Source: Hemiscyllium ocellatum
Lineage: Eukaryota
Length of the DNA: 64,000 nt
NCBI RefSeq assembly: GCF_020745735.1
Contig: NW_026867481.1
Location: 475,291 to 539,290 of the forward strand
Direction of reading: 5' to 3'
Under the pieces are notes generated by a model. The model was not told the origin of the DNA, ran no database searches, and worked only from the letters and a program-made list of their open reading frames with translations. The translations under genes were made by a program, and so were the position numbers. This document shows, piece after piece, positions 50,020 through 63,952 of this stretch (its first letter is position 1; every line of letters starts with the position of its first letter).

Positions 50020-52300
50020 AGGATATTTCATAGAACATAGAATAGAGATCGTTGCAGCACAGTACAGTCCCTTCGGCCCTCGATGTTGAGCCAAGCTGTG
50101 GAAACTATCTGAAACCCACCTAACATATGCTATTCCATTTTCATCCATAGGTTTATCCATGGCTATTTGAATGCCCCTAAATTTGGCGAGTCTATCACCG
50201 TTGCAGGTAGAGTTTTCTACACCAATACTACTCACTGGATAAAGAAATTACCTCCGACATCTCCCTATACCTACCAACACTCAACTTAAAGCTGTTCCCC
50301 GTCGTAGCCATCATCATCTGAGGAAAGAGGCTCTCATCGTGCACGGTATTGCACCCGCAGATTTGGACTCGATTATATAACCGCTCAAACTTTTTCACTT
50401 TAAGGAGAAGAACCTCAAGTCCCTCAGCCTTTTATAATCAGCCTTTTTCTCCATATCAGGCAACATCTCAGCTAATCTCCTCTGAACCCCTTCTAAAGCA
50501 TCCACATCCTTCCGAAACTGTGGTGACCAGAATCATCCGCAATGCTCCAAGTGCAGCCGCATCAGGGTTTTGCACAGCTGCTGCAAGACCTCATGACTCG
50601 AACGCTCAATCCCTCTGCCAATGAAAGCACCACACCATATATTGTAACAACCCTATCAACTTTGGTGGTAACTTTCAGGGTTCTATGCACATAGACACCG
50701 AGATCTCTCTGCTCATCTACACTACCAATTATCTTTCTGTGAGCACAGTTCTCATTATGACTGTTGATCCTTCTAAAATGAATCAATTCTCACTTTTCCA
50801 CATTAAACACAATTAGCCACCTCTCAGTCCAGCTCTGCCGCTTATCTATGTCTCTTTGTACCCTTCAACATCCTTCAACACTATCCACAACCCCATCGAC
50901 GTTCGTGTCATCTGCAAATTTACTAACACATATTTCTATGCACTCATCCAGGTCATTTTTAAAACTGACAAACAGCAGTTGGCCAGGACAAATAGTTCCA
51001 GTGCATGACTGTTAACCGTACTCCAGATGACCATTTCCCATCGATCAACTCCCTCTGTCTTCTTTCAGCTAGCCAATTTCTGACCAAACGGCTAAATGAA
51101 CCTGAATCCCATTCCTCCGGATTTTGTGCAAGAGCCAACCGTGTGGAACCTTATCAAACGCCTTACTGAAATTGACATACCACACATCAAGCACTTTATT
51201 CTCATCCACCTATTCGGTCACCTTCTCAAAGAACTCAATAAGCTTTGTGAGTCAAGTTCTATCCTTCTCAAGACGGGGTTGATTATCTCTTAGCAACTTC
51301 TTCCTTTCAAGATGACTGTAAATATATATTTTATAATCCATTCCAATAATTTACCAACAATATAAAGAGGGGTCATTGGTCTATAATTATCTCTTCTCTC
51401 ATTCTTTAACAAGGGGACAACACTTGCTATCCTGCAGTCTTCTGCCACGACTCCTGCAAATAATAAGAACCTAAAGGCCAAAGCCAAAGGCTCTGAAATA
51501 TCCATCCAGGGAATCCTGGGATAAATCCCATCTGGCCCAGGGAATTTATTTATTTTTGACCTCTCCAGAATTGCTAACACCTCCTCTTTCTGATCTTCAA
51601 TCCCATTTAGTCTAGTAGTCTGTATTTCAGTATTCGACTCGACAACGTTGTCGTTTTCCAACGTGAATACTGACGAAAAATATCCATTTAGCGCTTCCCC
51701 TACCTCTTTGGACCCCATGCAAAACGTCCCTCTCCCAGCCTTGATTGGCCCTAATATTACTCTTGTCCTCCTTCCATTCCTGATAAACCATTCGATGTTT
51801 TACGGTTTTCATTGATCATATCTGCCAACGAATTCAGATGTCACCACCAAGCGCATCTTCGTTCTCTCTTTGGGTTATTCCTGACTAACCTGTAACACTC
51901 GGGCGCTCTAACTGAGCCTTCACGTCCAATCCTAACAAAAGCTTGCTTTGTCTTGACAAGAGATTCAGCGTCTTTAGTAAATCATGGCGACCTTGATGGA
52001 CCACTTCCTCCCTGCCTGATAGATACATGCTTATCGAGGACATGAAGTACCAGTTCCTTGAACGACTCCAAATTTCAACTGTGTCCATTCACTGTAGTTT
52101 CCTTCCCGATCCTATTCCTACTGAACCTTGCCTAATCGCATCTTAATTACCTTTCCCCAGCTCAACTCTTGCTCTGCAGTATACGTCTATCCCTTTCCAT
52201 CACAAGAGTAAACATAATGAAATTGTGGTTACTATCACCAAAGTACGCACCTAACTCCAAATCTATTACATGGCCGAGCTCATTATCTGGTACCATTCAT
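50020..52300 (-). mobile_element. Decayed CR1-type LINE, 5'-truncated
   Basis: (catagaa)n tail at 50025; [27 protein letters not shown] motifs. Confidence 0.85.
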
Positions 52301-53710
52301 AATTCTGAACGACGGTAAGTTCTACTGAGAAAAGAAGACTTTACAAGAAAGAAGCAATACCGTTGGCCAGAAGTTCAAAATGAAGGGAAAGCCAAACAAT
52401 CCTGTATTGTCAGCAGTAAGGAAGAGGGATGGGAGTAAAAGAAAACAAGAAAAAATATGCCCAAGAAAATAATGCCATTGGAATATATGGAAAATAATTC
52501 ACAGAAAGCTGAATCAGAGAGCAAAACGTGTTTCTAAATATCGAAAATTTACAGGTATCAAAAGTCATGATTTATCCTTTCGTAGACGAAATTGTGAAAA
52601 TAATATTAGAAGTAAAGAAATAACTGTTTCTTGGAAGAAGTGTTGGATCGTCAAAGTGGTCAAGAAGGCAGATAGGATACTTCCATTTCTACGCTGAAGC
52701 ATAAAGCTTAAAAGCAGAGAGGTGACACTGGAACTTCATGAAAAGTAATTACAGAATTATGCGTGGTTCTGACACCCACATGTACAACGGATTTGTTTGC
52801 CCAGACGAGGGAGCGAGCGAGGTTTCCTGTGATGTTTCGTGAGGTGGAGATGTTTAATTATAAAGAGAAAATGGACAGACTGGGGTTGTTATTATTAAAT
52901 AGAGAGACTGAGAAGGAGAAACAATTGAAATGTTTAAAACTATGAGGTTCACAGACGAGCTCGACAGGTCAGAATTTATCCACTCACAGGAGTGATCAAT
53001 GATTGGGCAGAAATTTGAGGTAAAGTTTTGGAGGATTAGAATAGATATGAGGTAATTGTATTCACTTAGATGTTGGTGGAATCTGGTACTCACTGACTAT
53101 AAAGGGCGGCAGATTCAGAAACCCTGACAACATCTGAAAAATTTTAAGTGTGCAGTTGTGACGCCAAGGCACAAAAGAACACATGTTAATTGCTAGAAAA
53201 TGGGAAAGAATACGCTTTTTTTTTAATCAGCATAGACTCAATCGACCGAAGGGTCATTTCGTTCGGTACTGCATACTGGTATATCTCTCTTGCTATTATG
53301 GTAAAACAAAGCTGTAAACTGATGAATGGAACTTTAAACAATCATTAAACCCATGAGACGGAAAGAAAACGTAGAAGCATAATGGGATAGGGAGGTAAAA
53401 GTCTCCAGGACCTCTAGTGTTTGACACATTATAAAAGCTAGATTAGAAACATCAACGTGAAAGGAAAATGGGATTTTACTTGAAAGGAAACACTTTTCTT
53501 TCGAAATGTCTTTACTATAACATCGCAAAACTACAACAATAGGAAGTGAGAAATAGACTGCAGTCAGTGCTGCACCTTTTCTAAGATTTGTCTTCGAGGT
53601 GAAGGCATGACATATAAATATTTCACGTCGTTTCATTGACATTGCCAGAGATTGTAGATAATATATATTCAGTGATCAGGATAGTCACAGGGGATAATTA
53701 GATAACATAT

Positions 53711-56310
53711 CTAGAACATAGAACATAGAAAAATACAGCGCAGTACAGGCCCTTCGGCCCTCGATGTTGCGCCGACCGAAGCCTACCTAACCTACACTAG
53801 ACCAATAACCTCCATATGCTTATCCAATGACCGCTTAAATGACCATAAAGAGGGAGAGTCCACCACTGCTACTGGCAGGGCATTCCAAGAACTCACAACC
53901 CGCTGAGTAAAGAATCTACAGCTAACATCTGTCCTATACCTAACACCCCTTAATTTAAAGCTGTGTTCCCTAGTAACAGCTGACTCCATTAGCGGAAAAA
54001 GGTTCTCACTGTCAACCCTATCTAAACCCCTAATCATCTTGTACACCTCTATCAAATCTCCCCTAACCCTTCTTTTCTCCAATGAGAACAGCCCCAAATG
54101 CCTCAGCTTTTCCTCATACGATCTTCCTACCATGCCAGGCAACAACCTGGTAAACCTCCCCTGCACCCGTTCCAGTGCCTCCACATCCTTCCTATAGTAT
54201 GGCGACCAAAACTGCACACAATACTCCAGATGAGGCCGCACCAGTGTCTTATATAACTGCAACATGACCTCAGGACTGCGGAACTCAATTCCTCTACCAA
54301 TAAAGCCCAGTACAGCATATGCCTTCTTCACAGCACTATTTACCTGGGTGGCAACGTTCAGAGATCTGTGTACATGGACACCAAGATCCCTCTGCTCATC
54401 CACACTACCAAGTAGCCTACCATTAGCCAGTAATCCATCTTCTTGTTTCTCCTACCAAAGTGAATGACTTCACTCTAACCTACATTGAACTCCGTTTGCC
54501 ACCTTTCTGCCCAGCTCTGCAACTTATCTACCCCGCTGTAACCTGCCACAGCCTTCTTCACTGTCCACAACTCCACCGACTTTCGTGTCATCCGCAAACT
54601 TGCTCACCCAGTCTTCAAGCCCCTCCTCCACGTCATTTATAAAAATGACAAACAGCAATGGTCCCAAAACAGATCCTTGTGGAACACCGCTAGTAACTGC
54701 ACTCCCAGATGAACCTATACCATCAACTACTACCCTCTGTCTCCTTCCAGCCAGCCAATTCCTAATCCAAACCTCTAATGCACCTTCAATGGCATACCTC
54801 CGTTGTTTTTGCATTAGACTGCCATGGGATACCTTATCGAACGCCTTGATAAAATCCATATACACCACATCAACTGTTTTACCTTGGTCCACTTCCTTGG
54901 TCACCTTCTCAAAGAACTCAATAAGGTTTGTGATGCACGACCTGCCCTTCACAAAACCATGCTGACTATCCTTGATCACAGTATTCCTATCCAGATGTTC
55001 ATAAATCCTATCCCTTACAATTCTGTCTAAGACTTTGCCCACAACAGAAGTGAGACTCACTGGCCTAGGGTTACTAAGGCTATCCCTCCTCCCCTTCTTG
55101 AACAAGGGGACCACATTCGCTATCCTCCAGTCTTCTGGCACTATTCCCGTAGACAACGACGACATAAAAATCAAGGCCAATGGCTCCGCTATCTCCTCCC
55201 TAGCTTCCCAGAGGATCCTAGGATAAATGCCATCAGGTCCAGGGGACTTATCTATTTTCATCCTTTCCAGTATTCCCCAGACCTCTTCCCTACATACCTC
55301 AAGGCCATCCATTCTAATCAAGGCCATCCATTCTAATTTCACTTGTGACTCAATATTCACATCAGCAACAGTGTCCTGTTCCTGAGTGAATACTGATGAA
55401 AAGTATTGATTTAGTGTCTCTCCAATCTCCTCCACCTCCACGTACAACTTCCCACTACTATCCTTGACTGGACCGATACCTACCCTAATCATCCTTTTAT
55501 TCCTGACACACCTATAGAAAGCCTTTGGGTTTTCCTAATCCTACCAACTAATGACTTTTCATGTCCCCTTCTCGCTGCTCTTAGCTCTCTGTTTAGATCC
55601 TTCCTGGCTACCTTATAACTCTCAATCGCCCCAACTGAACCTTCACACCTCATCTTTACATAGGCCGCCCTCTTCCCTTTCACAAAGGATTCCAATTCCT
55701 ATTAAACCACGGCTCCCCTCACAAGACCCTTTACTCACTGCCTGAATGGTACATACTTATCAAGGACACCTATTAGCTGTTCCTTGAACAATCTCCACGT
55801 ATCATTTGTGTTCTTCCCTTGAAGCCTATTTTTCCAATCCACGCATCCTAAGCCATGCCTCACCGCATCATAATTTCCCTGCCCCCAGCTATAACTCTTG
55901 CCCTGCAGTGCACACTTATCCCTCTCCATCACTAGAGTAAAAGTCAACGAGTTGTGGTCACTGTCCACGAAGTGCTCACCTACCTCCAAGTCTATCACCT
56001 GACCTGGTTTATTACCTAGAACCAAATCCAGTATAGCCTCACCTCTTGTTGGCCTGTCTACATATTGTGTCAGGAAACCCTCCTGCACACATTTGACAAA
56101 CACCGACCCATCTAACGAACTCGAGCTATAGCTTTCCCAGTCAATATCTGGGAAGTTAAAGTCCCCCATAACAACCACCCTGCTGCTTTCACTCTTCCCC
56201 TGAATCATCCTCGCAATAATTTCCTCTACTTCTCTCGGACTATGAGGAGGCCTGTAGAAAACTCCTAACAGGGTGACCTCACCTTTCCTATTTCTAACCT
56301 CAGCCTGCGC
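53711..56310 (-). mobile_element. Young CR1-type LINE (HER1-like), ORF2 EN-RT broken by a few frameshifts
   Basis: VVVMGDFNFPDIDW (EN); [29 protein letters not shown] (RT); C-terminal LRPHLEYCVQFWSP; (gaacata)n tail. Confidence 0.95.
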
Positions 56311-56570
56311 GCTTTTATAAGAAAATAAAAACCTTCCCAGGTAAGCTAGTGTGACACCAGCTTCCGGGTCCGCTCGGCAGTTAAAAAAAACTATAAATTT
56401 TAGCCGTTAAAAAAACAATAACTGGACTATACCACGACTTTAAAAAAACACCACCAGACAGCCATTACCTTCTCCGCCGAGAGAGTGAGGCCGACGGCTT
56501 GGAGCTGCACGCTTTTATTAAAAAAAACCTTCCCAGGTAAGCTAGCGCGACACCAGCTTCTGGGTCCGAA
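56311..56570. repeat. Duplicated ~60 bp motif abutting the 5' end of the LINE
   Basis: gcttttat..aaaaccttcccaggtaagctag.g.gacaccagcttc.gggtccg at ~56311 and ~56511. Confidence 0.8.
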
Positions 56571-56737
56571 TGAAATGACCGAGCAAACACAGTAAGCAAG
56601 AACGTCATTCAGCTAAAATAATAAGAGACTCCGCTCTTTGTCAATTTACCATCCAGGTCTTGATCTTTTTCGGTGATAGAAGGTGAGAATGCCTTAGAAT
56701 GTTTTGTAAGGATTAACTGCATTCTTGTATTAATGTT

Positions 56738-57349
56738 CATCTCAGCGCGCAGTAATGCATTGCAAAGTCAGAGATCTAAGCTTTGTTGAATTCTGAAGGA
56801 ACTGTTTTCTTGGTTTCATTCAAATTAGCAGAGCAGTGAACTGAGATATCTGTAGGCTTATCCCCATGAATGGTGCCATATTTCCTCAGCGAATACCTCG
56901 GAACTCATCTTGGTTTAGACCATTTGAAAAAGGAGGTAAAGTAGCACTGACCGAAACGTATTATTTTTGCTTGAGCAGATGTAGAGTGGATATTCTAGGA
57001 GTGATGCAGCTGGTCCTTACGTAGGACCTTACAGGTTTCAGATGTAAAGGTCAGGAAAGACACCTCTGTGGTAGCATAGAACCTCTTTTCACTGTAGCTC
57101 CTTCTCTGCTAACAGCAGTTTTCTAACTGCTTGCAGAAAGAAACGAAATAGAAAAAAATAACTGAATAGGGAGATCTGGCTTTTCTTCTGCCATTGTTCA
57201 AAATAAGTGTTTTCAGACAAATTAGCACCACTGCCTCTCTGATCCCTCTTGAAAAAGGAGAACATAACCTCGTTAAAGGCGATGCATCATCACAGCTATC
57301 CGTATGTTATTGTGAGGATAAAGGCAAGAATCCCGAACGCAGCAGGCAC
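56738..57349 (-). pseudogene. TCR alpha/delta V pseudogene with leader
   Basis: Leader (GTG)PAAFGILAFILTITY+G with GT->GA donor (57349-57301); FR1 REGATVK; KWSKPR*VPRYSLRK...SANLNETKKTV...A*ISDFAMHYCALR; RSS AACATTA-23-ACAAAACAT (56737-56699). Confidence 0.85.
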
Positions 57350-59469
57350 TTCAAGAAAAGCAAAACGTGGAGAAGCAAAAAGTGCAGTACCATCTCAGTT
57401 GATCTGGCAGAATCTGTGGAGAGAGAACCAGTTACGTTTATCAATCAAATATGACTCTTCTTCAGAACTGTGGAGATGTTTCATGTGATGAAATGGAACG
57501 AATGGGTGGTTACCTGGGCATCATGTAAACGCCCACGCAGGCATTCAGCATCAGACATGGGGACATTTCCTGGTAATCAATGGGTAATATTTGGTCTGAC
57601 ACCAACAACGAGCCAACGACAATGCTTCAGGCTTTCGAGCAACCATTACTGCACAGGAACTCTGAACGGCTCAATTTCACAATTTTCCCTGAATCTTACA
57701 CGTACATTGAAACCCAACTGGGACAGACATACTAACAAATTTTGAAGTTCTTGTCACCAGAAGATATCTCCAAACTGAACGTCTATGGGAAATTTTGCGG
57801 CTGTCAGTTTGCATGATATTGTGTATTTTTGTCTCTCTTCAGTCTCAGTCCACTTTTGCTCCGGTGTCGAGTCATCTGGAGTGGGGTGGCATTATATCTC
57901 TTTACAAACATGCTGTAGAATAAAGAAGGTTTGACACCTTTTAACTCATGGAACCTATTGACAAAATGTCTTTCTTTGAAGTTACACAGAAGCACAGAGA
58001 CACACATAGAGAGAAACACAGACGCATGCACACATGCGCACAGATAGATACAAAAAGAAATAGATCGTGAGGGTTAAACACAGATGGAAAAATGGAGGGC
58101 TATGCACAGATTGACAACTATTTGCAAATACTCAAAGATGCAGATAGTCACACACAGACGTCAATTTTCTTAATTTAATCATTGGTATCATGTTTCTTTC
58201 TATGAAATGCAGTTTTCCGGGATCTCAAGTCGCATAAGTATCTTCTGGTAACAGGAAAAAGAAATTCTGGATTCAGAAATGCACCGCTTGAGAAGGAAAT
58301 CATGCAGTTAATCCCACTCCCTGCTTGGCTCACAATGTCTTGCAAATGTTCACATTCCAAGCCTGACCAAGACTCCGTTAAAATAAGAGTACAACTGCCT
58401 CAGCTCTCTATCAAACAGCACATTGCAAATCACAATGAATTTCTTTAAAATAAGTGCTGTCTTTATGCCACGCCCACTCCGAAGAATCTTCATGCAAAAT
58501 TTCATGCTATTCTGGAAAGTGGGACATGACGATTATTCTTCAACACAGTCGCACGTATGATCATAACAATAAGCAAGTTTATGTCTGAGGGTCAGACGAA
58601 GAATGTGCATGCATGATTGACAGTGTGCATTAGCAAATGAGAGAGGGTGCAAAACAATAGCACATGCATGCGTATGTGTATGTGCATGAGACTGTGCTAG
58701 TGTGTGGGTGTGACTGGCAGAACGTGTGAGTGTAACAGTGGTGAGTAAGTGTGAATGGTGTGTAGATCTCTGAGTGAAGGAACATGTCACCCCTTGCCGT
58801 CCGCAACCTCTAACTTTTCCCAAAGAATAATTATCTTTTCGCCACTCAGTTTGGATTATTATTTGTCAATATCGAGCTCACTATCATATGTGTGTGTGGG
58901 AGAATTTGTCATTAAGTTTGAAAATAGTGATTGATAATGTGGGAAAGCGCGTGATTGCAAATGATAGAATATGTATAAGTGAGAGTTTGTCTCAGACTGA
59001 GTTTGACTAGGTGTTTGAATATGAGTGAGAGAGTGTGTGCAAGTGAGTTTAGAACATAGAACATTGGACAATACAGCGCAGAACAGACCTTAAACCCTCG
59101 ATGTTGCGCCGATCTGTGAACTATTCTCAGCCCGCACCCCTACACTATCGCATCATCATCCATGTGCTTATGGTAACAGAGAGAATGTGTGCCTGAGAGA
59201 TAGTGAGAGAGTTTGAGAATGAATTTTGTGAATTTGACAGAGTGAACATCTCACTAATACCGTCCCAGTATCCTTCTACAAATTCCTCCATACCTGTGCT
59301 CGTCTAATTGTGCTCTCTTCTACATTACTTCAATCCAAAGTCTATCAATGTTTTTTGTGCATTTAACTGCGGAAGACTTATTCTTTTGAGATTATATCCA
59401 TCAATGACTTTCTGCCTTGTTCAGTACGTGGCATTTAATCGTAATTCTTCAAAAGAATTTTTTCAGAAT

Positions 59470-60290
59470 CATAGGGTCATCAAGTCCTACAGCATGGAGG
59501 CATGTCCTTTAGCCCAAATTGTCCCAAGCTTATCAAAATAACCGTCGACGCCAACCCCATTTCCCTGCATTTGGCCCATATCCTTCTAATTATTTCCTAC
59601 CGAAATATTTGACAAATGCCTTTTAAATGTTGTTAACGTACCTGCCTCAAACACTCCTGCTGGTAGCACTTTCCATCTGCGTAATAGCCTCTGTAAAAAA
59701 ATAAATTGCCTTCAGATTCCCTTTTCTTTTTCCCCTCTGCAGATACGTCCTAGTCCTCTATTCCCCAAGCCAGCAAAAAATACTGAGTGCATTAACACTG
59801 TCCATGCTTCTTCTGACTTCATGCACATCTAAAAGGTTCCCCCAGTCTCCTATTCTCTAAGGAAAGCTCTCATAGCCTGTCAAATCCCTCCCTATAACAG
59901 AAACGATTGAGTCCGTGGAAAATTCTTGTAAATTTCTTCTTCACTCTTTCCAGTTTAATAACATCCTTCAGATATCAAGGTGACCAAAACTGAACACAAT
60001 ACTCCGCCTGCGGCCTCACCAACATCCTGTATAATTGAAAAGTAACTTCCCAACTTCTATACTCAATATCCTGGCTGATGCAGTCCAGTGTGCCAAAAGT
60101 CTTCGTCACTGCTCTTTCTACCTGTGACGCCACTTTCACAGCAATGTGATCCTAAACTCGAAGATCCCTCTGTTCCACTACTCTCCTAAAGGCCCTAATA
60201 TTCTCCATGCAAGTCCGACCATGATTTGACTTTCCAAAATGCAATACCTCATACTTATCTATATTGAACTTCATTTGCCATTTCTCGCTT
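59470..60290 (-). mobile_element. CR1-type LINE 3' fragment
   Basis: caaggtgaccaaaactgaacacaatactccgcctgcggcctcacc, matching the reverse complement of VRPHLEYCVQFWSP. Confidence 0.75.
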
Positions 60291-61091
60291 ACATCCGTAA
60301 TTCTGCAGGTTAAATGAATAGTGAGGAAAACCTAGTTCAAACTCTTTTTGCAACAACTCAGACTTCATTTCAAACATCTTGCTATGGATTATTGCATAGG
60401 AACGAAATGTTTCAATGAAGATCGTACCGTGATTGAGTTCTCATAGTTCATTTCTTATGCTGTAATAAGATCACAGTACAAACTGCATGCTACTGCATTA
60501 TGCCATAAAAGTACTTCCTTAAGCAGAAAAAAAACGGAGTTTGCTACATTCGAGTAAGACCTAATGTCCAAAAATTCAGTTGATTAATGTTACAAGGCCA
60601 TATGCAAAGATCAAGATTTAAGCCATATTATAAATGGTATGTCCATTAACACATTCGTAATAAATTGAATTACATTTTATAATAGTCCATAAAGCAAGCT
60701 CTGACAATGCATTATAGTTTACCACAGCAAAGTATAATGTCACACACAAAGTGCATGCATATAACGAAAATTGGCTACAGTCCCTTTCATTTAGATAGTG
60801 CCAGATGTTGGAAAAAACATCATCTCAATTCTGAAAGGAGAGGTGCCTCATATCCAGAGGTTCAAGTAAATTTAAATAACTCATTTGTGATCTATTCCTC
60901 CCCAGGAATACCAATTACTAGGAGAATCAGGTACAAGATGACAGAGAAAGGGTCATCGGTATGTCCATAGATCGTCTTTCAGAAACGAAAATATTTCACA
61001 ACGTGGTGTAACTCAGCTTTATCATAACATATCCCTTTGAACCCTCGTTTATTTCTTCTGAGAGTCTGTAGGACAACAGTAACACTTCAAC

Positions 61092-61104
61092 NNNNNNNNN
61101 NNNN
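61092..61104. other. Assembly gap
   Basis: Run of N. Confidence 1.
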
Positions 61105-61498
61105 GAAGTCAGAACGATCACAGTGTGAGGAACGTAACTGTTAAGACATTTGCAGAAGTCGAAGTGAATAAATTGTAACAGCTGATGCTGGGTTTCACGG
61201 TTGGTAGTGAGTTTGAACAAATGCAGGTGAAGTTGAATTGTTTCAGCATTCAGTTGGTGGCCCGTTTGAATGTATGGAGCTGAAGCTGACTTCGTTTAGT
61301 GCAGGGCTGACGGTGCGTTTAAAAGAGAATCTGAAGATGGAATGTTTTCTCTCAAAGCATAGATGTGGAGTCATAACGGGTCGAGGGTCAACGATAGCAG
61401 CGTCAATTGGGACACCCAATGAATGTCCAGTTTTTTGACCCCCAATCTATGATCCCTGAGCAATGAACGGGGAGTGAGCTGAAATTATTCTCACTGTC

Positions 61499-61888
61499 GT
61501 GAACTGCACAGAATAACTGCAATGCAGTGTGATAGAAACAGACAAATGTTGCTGATTTGGAAATTGACACAATTTTGTCAGTCGTGACACAACAGTAAAT
61601 AGGATCGTGTACATTTATTAATTGTGCGCTCACTCTGTTTATCAAGAAGGCGTGAATTTGTCTATCAACAATCATGACCTGGTGAAACTGTAACAGGAAC
61701 AGTGTGCACTTGAATGCATAGTGATTTACATAAAGTACAACAATAATCTGGGCCCATTCAACATTCTAAAACTGGAATTAAATTTAACCTCAAAAAGGAA
61801 ACGTAACAGAAGGCACTTGAGCGAGCAAAATAATCTTTCGTACCTGGAAAGATTCAGCACAACTGTAACAGTATTCCAAAGTGACCAT
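61499..61888 (-). pseudogene. Probable internally deleted V pseudogene
   Basis: Leader-like MVT(fs)GILLQLC*IFP+G|gtacg (61888-61844), ~164-nt intron, ttcaccag| acceptor; TINKCT and FQISN...AVILC; GACAGTG heptamer-like; no nonamer. Confidence 0.45.
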
Positions 61889-62619
61889 GATGAGAAAAAT
61901 AAGAATATACTGATAATTAAGACAGAGCAACATCTATCATTCAAATAATTTGCGTTTGATCCTGGGAAAATCGAATTCGATTCGGACATTAGGAGACTCA
62001 CCCTCGTGTTCGAATGCTGTCCGTGTTTGCAGTGCTTTTTGTGGTGGTACATATTTCTCCAGTTGAGTGTCAGTGATGCAGGTAGTGAACGCTTCTGCAT
62101 ACAGTACACATCAAACTGACTGTATTTTACGAGATGATATCGTTTTTCTTGAGTCCTATTGGAGCTTTACACATCCACGATATTTCATTAGCCATGACCG
62201 GAACAAAATGATCATATGAAATGGCAGAGCAGGCTCGAGGTTAAAGTGTCGTTCTATGTTGCTAAATTTAACGTTCATTTTTGATTTGATGTTTGAACCC
62301 GAAGGCACATTCTCCAGCTGAAAAAGATGCCATCAAAAATTAATATAATAACAGAGACTTGAAAAGATGGGATCTCGCTCTCCAGAAAACGTGGAACCAG
62401 GACAATACTGAAAAGAAATAGTTTTAACTATTACACGGTTTAAGTGAAATAAATTCGGAAATTCGAATTGGTGCATGACTCCACGACAAAGGCCTATCCA
62501 TATCGAAGCACACTAAAATAACAACTAGAGATATCAAGAAAGATGCACTCATACAAAAACACACTGGAACCGAATAGAACCATTGACATCTGAAATGGGT
62601 AAAACTTGGAAAACACAGA

Positions 62620-63075
62620 ACGGAGAAAGTCATAAGTGGGTTTATGACTCCAACTGTTAACATATGCTAATGTTAGCAGAGCGAAGGCCATGTGAGGAAA
62701 CGTCAGGCCCTATTAAGTTAGTCACATATGCAGTAACTTCTTCGAAGCTCGTGTACAACATGAAATTCAGAGAATGAGGTCCAGAAAATATTGGACAGAA
62801 TCAAACAATAGTTTCGAGGAAATTTAAGTTGTCAGAGACGCTGAAGAGACAATTCCTCAGAGTAACAGGAAAGCCACAGTGAACCTGCATAAAGTGAAAC
62901 CAACTGACAACTGAGAGACTTTGGGACAACCTCTCTGTACAAACAACAGAAATGTATTTGTGGAAAGAAAATGAAATCGATTGTGATAATTGTAATTAAT
63001 TTGAAAACGATAAAGTCGAGCTCTGCAATGGCCAAAAATAAACAAAAAGTGGAAAACGACAGAACATTTTTGCTT
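62620..63075 (-). pseudogene. Possible decayed V relic
   Basis: gtttgtacag| acceptor; GFPVTLRNCLFSVSD...*FCPIFSGPHSLNFMLY...QLES; hydrophobic leader-like ATG segment upstream; no RSS. Confidence 0.35.
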
Positions 63076-63760
63076 TTTCGGTATTATTGATCTCTGACAG
63101 TCAATGTTCAGGTTTTAGTGACTTTTAGCTCGATTTTCCTGGGAGCAGTGATAGAAGGTATTTGGGTCATTCTTGGAATTATGGTTTCAGAGATTAAATT
63201 CTCACTGATGCCGGAAAGCTTATTTGGATTTTCCTTCTTTAAAAAAAGGAAAGTTAACGTCATGAAAATACAAAACACACAGAATATTATTCGATGATGC
63301 TTTCACCCCTCGCAACCCCTATATGATGAAAGTGGAAATCAATTCGTCCCGGAGTGTTTGCTGCCTCCCAAGAGTCCAACACACGTGTGATCCTCCACTG
63401 CTTATCCACCTAGAATATGCAATGTATTGATGAATCTGCTAATATTATTCACCTCTTATGTTAAATATATGATGCCGCTTTACTGATTGATTTTCCAATA
63501 TCAAAGTGTAAAATTTTTGCAACTTACAAGTGCTGGTTGACATGAATGCCAGAACCTTTCCTATAAGTATGACGTTTTCTCTATAAATAGTTCATTGCCA
63601 AACAATAGGTGCCATTTAACCAAGGCAGTTTTGTCGACAAACTTTTCATCACACCCCATCCTAACACTGTTCTCCGAGTCCAGCTTTACAAACCACTGCA
63701 AACAAAATTTTGAACAGATCTTTCTGTGTCACTATTTCTATCATTCCTACCATGAACAAG

Positions 63761-63952
63761 TTCTTTTGTACGGCTCTTTTCGTGTTCTGTATCACTTTGT
63801 CAGTAATCGAACAATGTTCTGGTTTTTATACGGTTCCTTCCATGCCCTGTATGACTGCATTTGTTTTCCCTCCATGTTCACGTTTTCATACCACCCTACC
63901 AACCAAATGTTCAGGATATTGTACAGCTGTATCCATGATCTGTATCACTTTA
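63761..63952 (-). other. Decayed tandem 23-RSS array (second ladder)
   Basis: Plus strand ttcttttgt-23-cactttg (63761-99), ggtttttat-23-gactgca (63821-59), ggatattgt-23-cacttta (63914-52); spacers resemble those at 22971-23189; CAC destroyed in all three. Confidence 0.75.

Noticed and set aside
54585-55226. Plus-strand ORFs inside the LINE
   Set aside because: Antisense shadows of CR1 ORF2.
57194-57490. Plus-strand Ig-like frames (GE..KGDAS..VCYCEDKGKNPE)
   Set aside because: Better explained as the antisense of the leader and intron of the minus-strand V pseudogene; no RSS.
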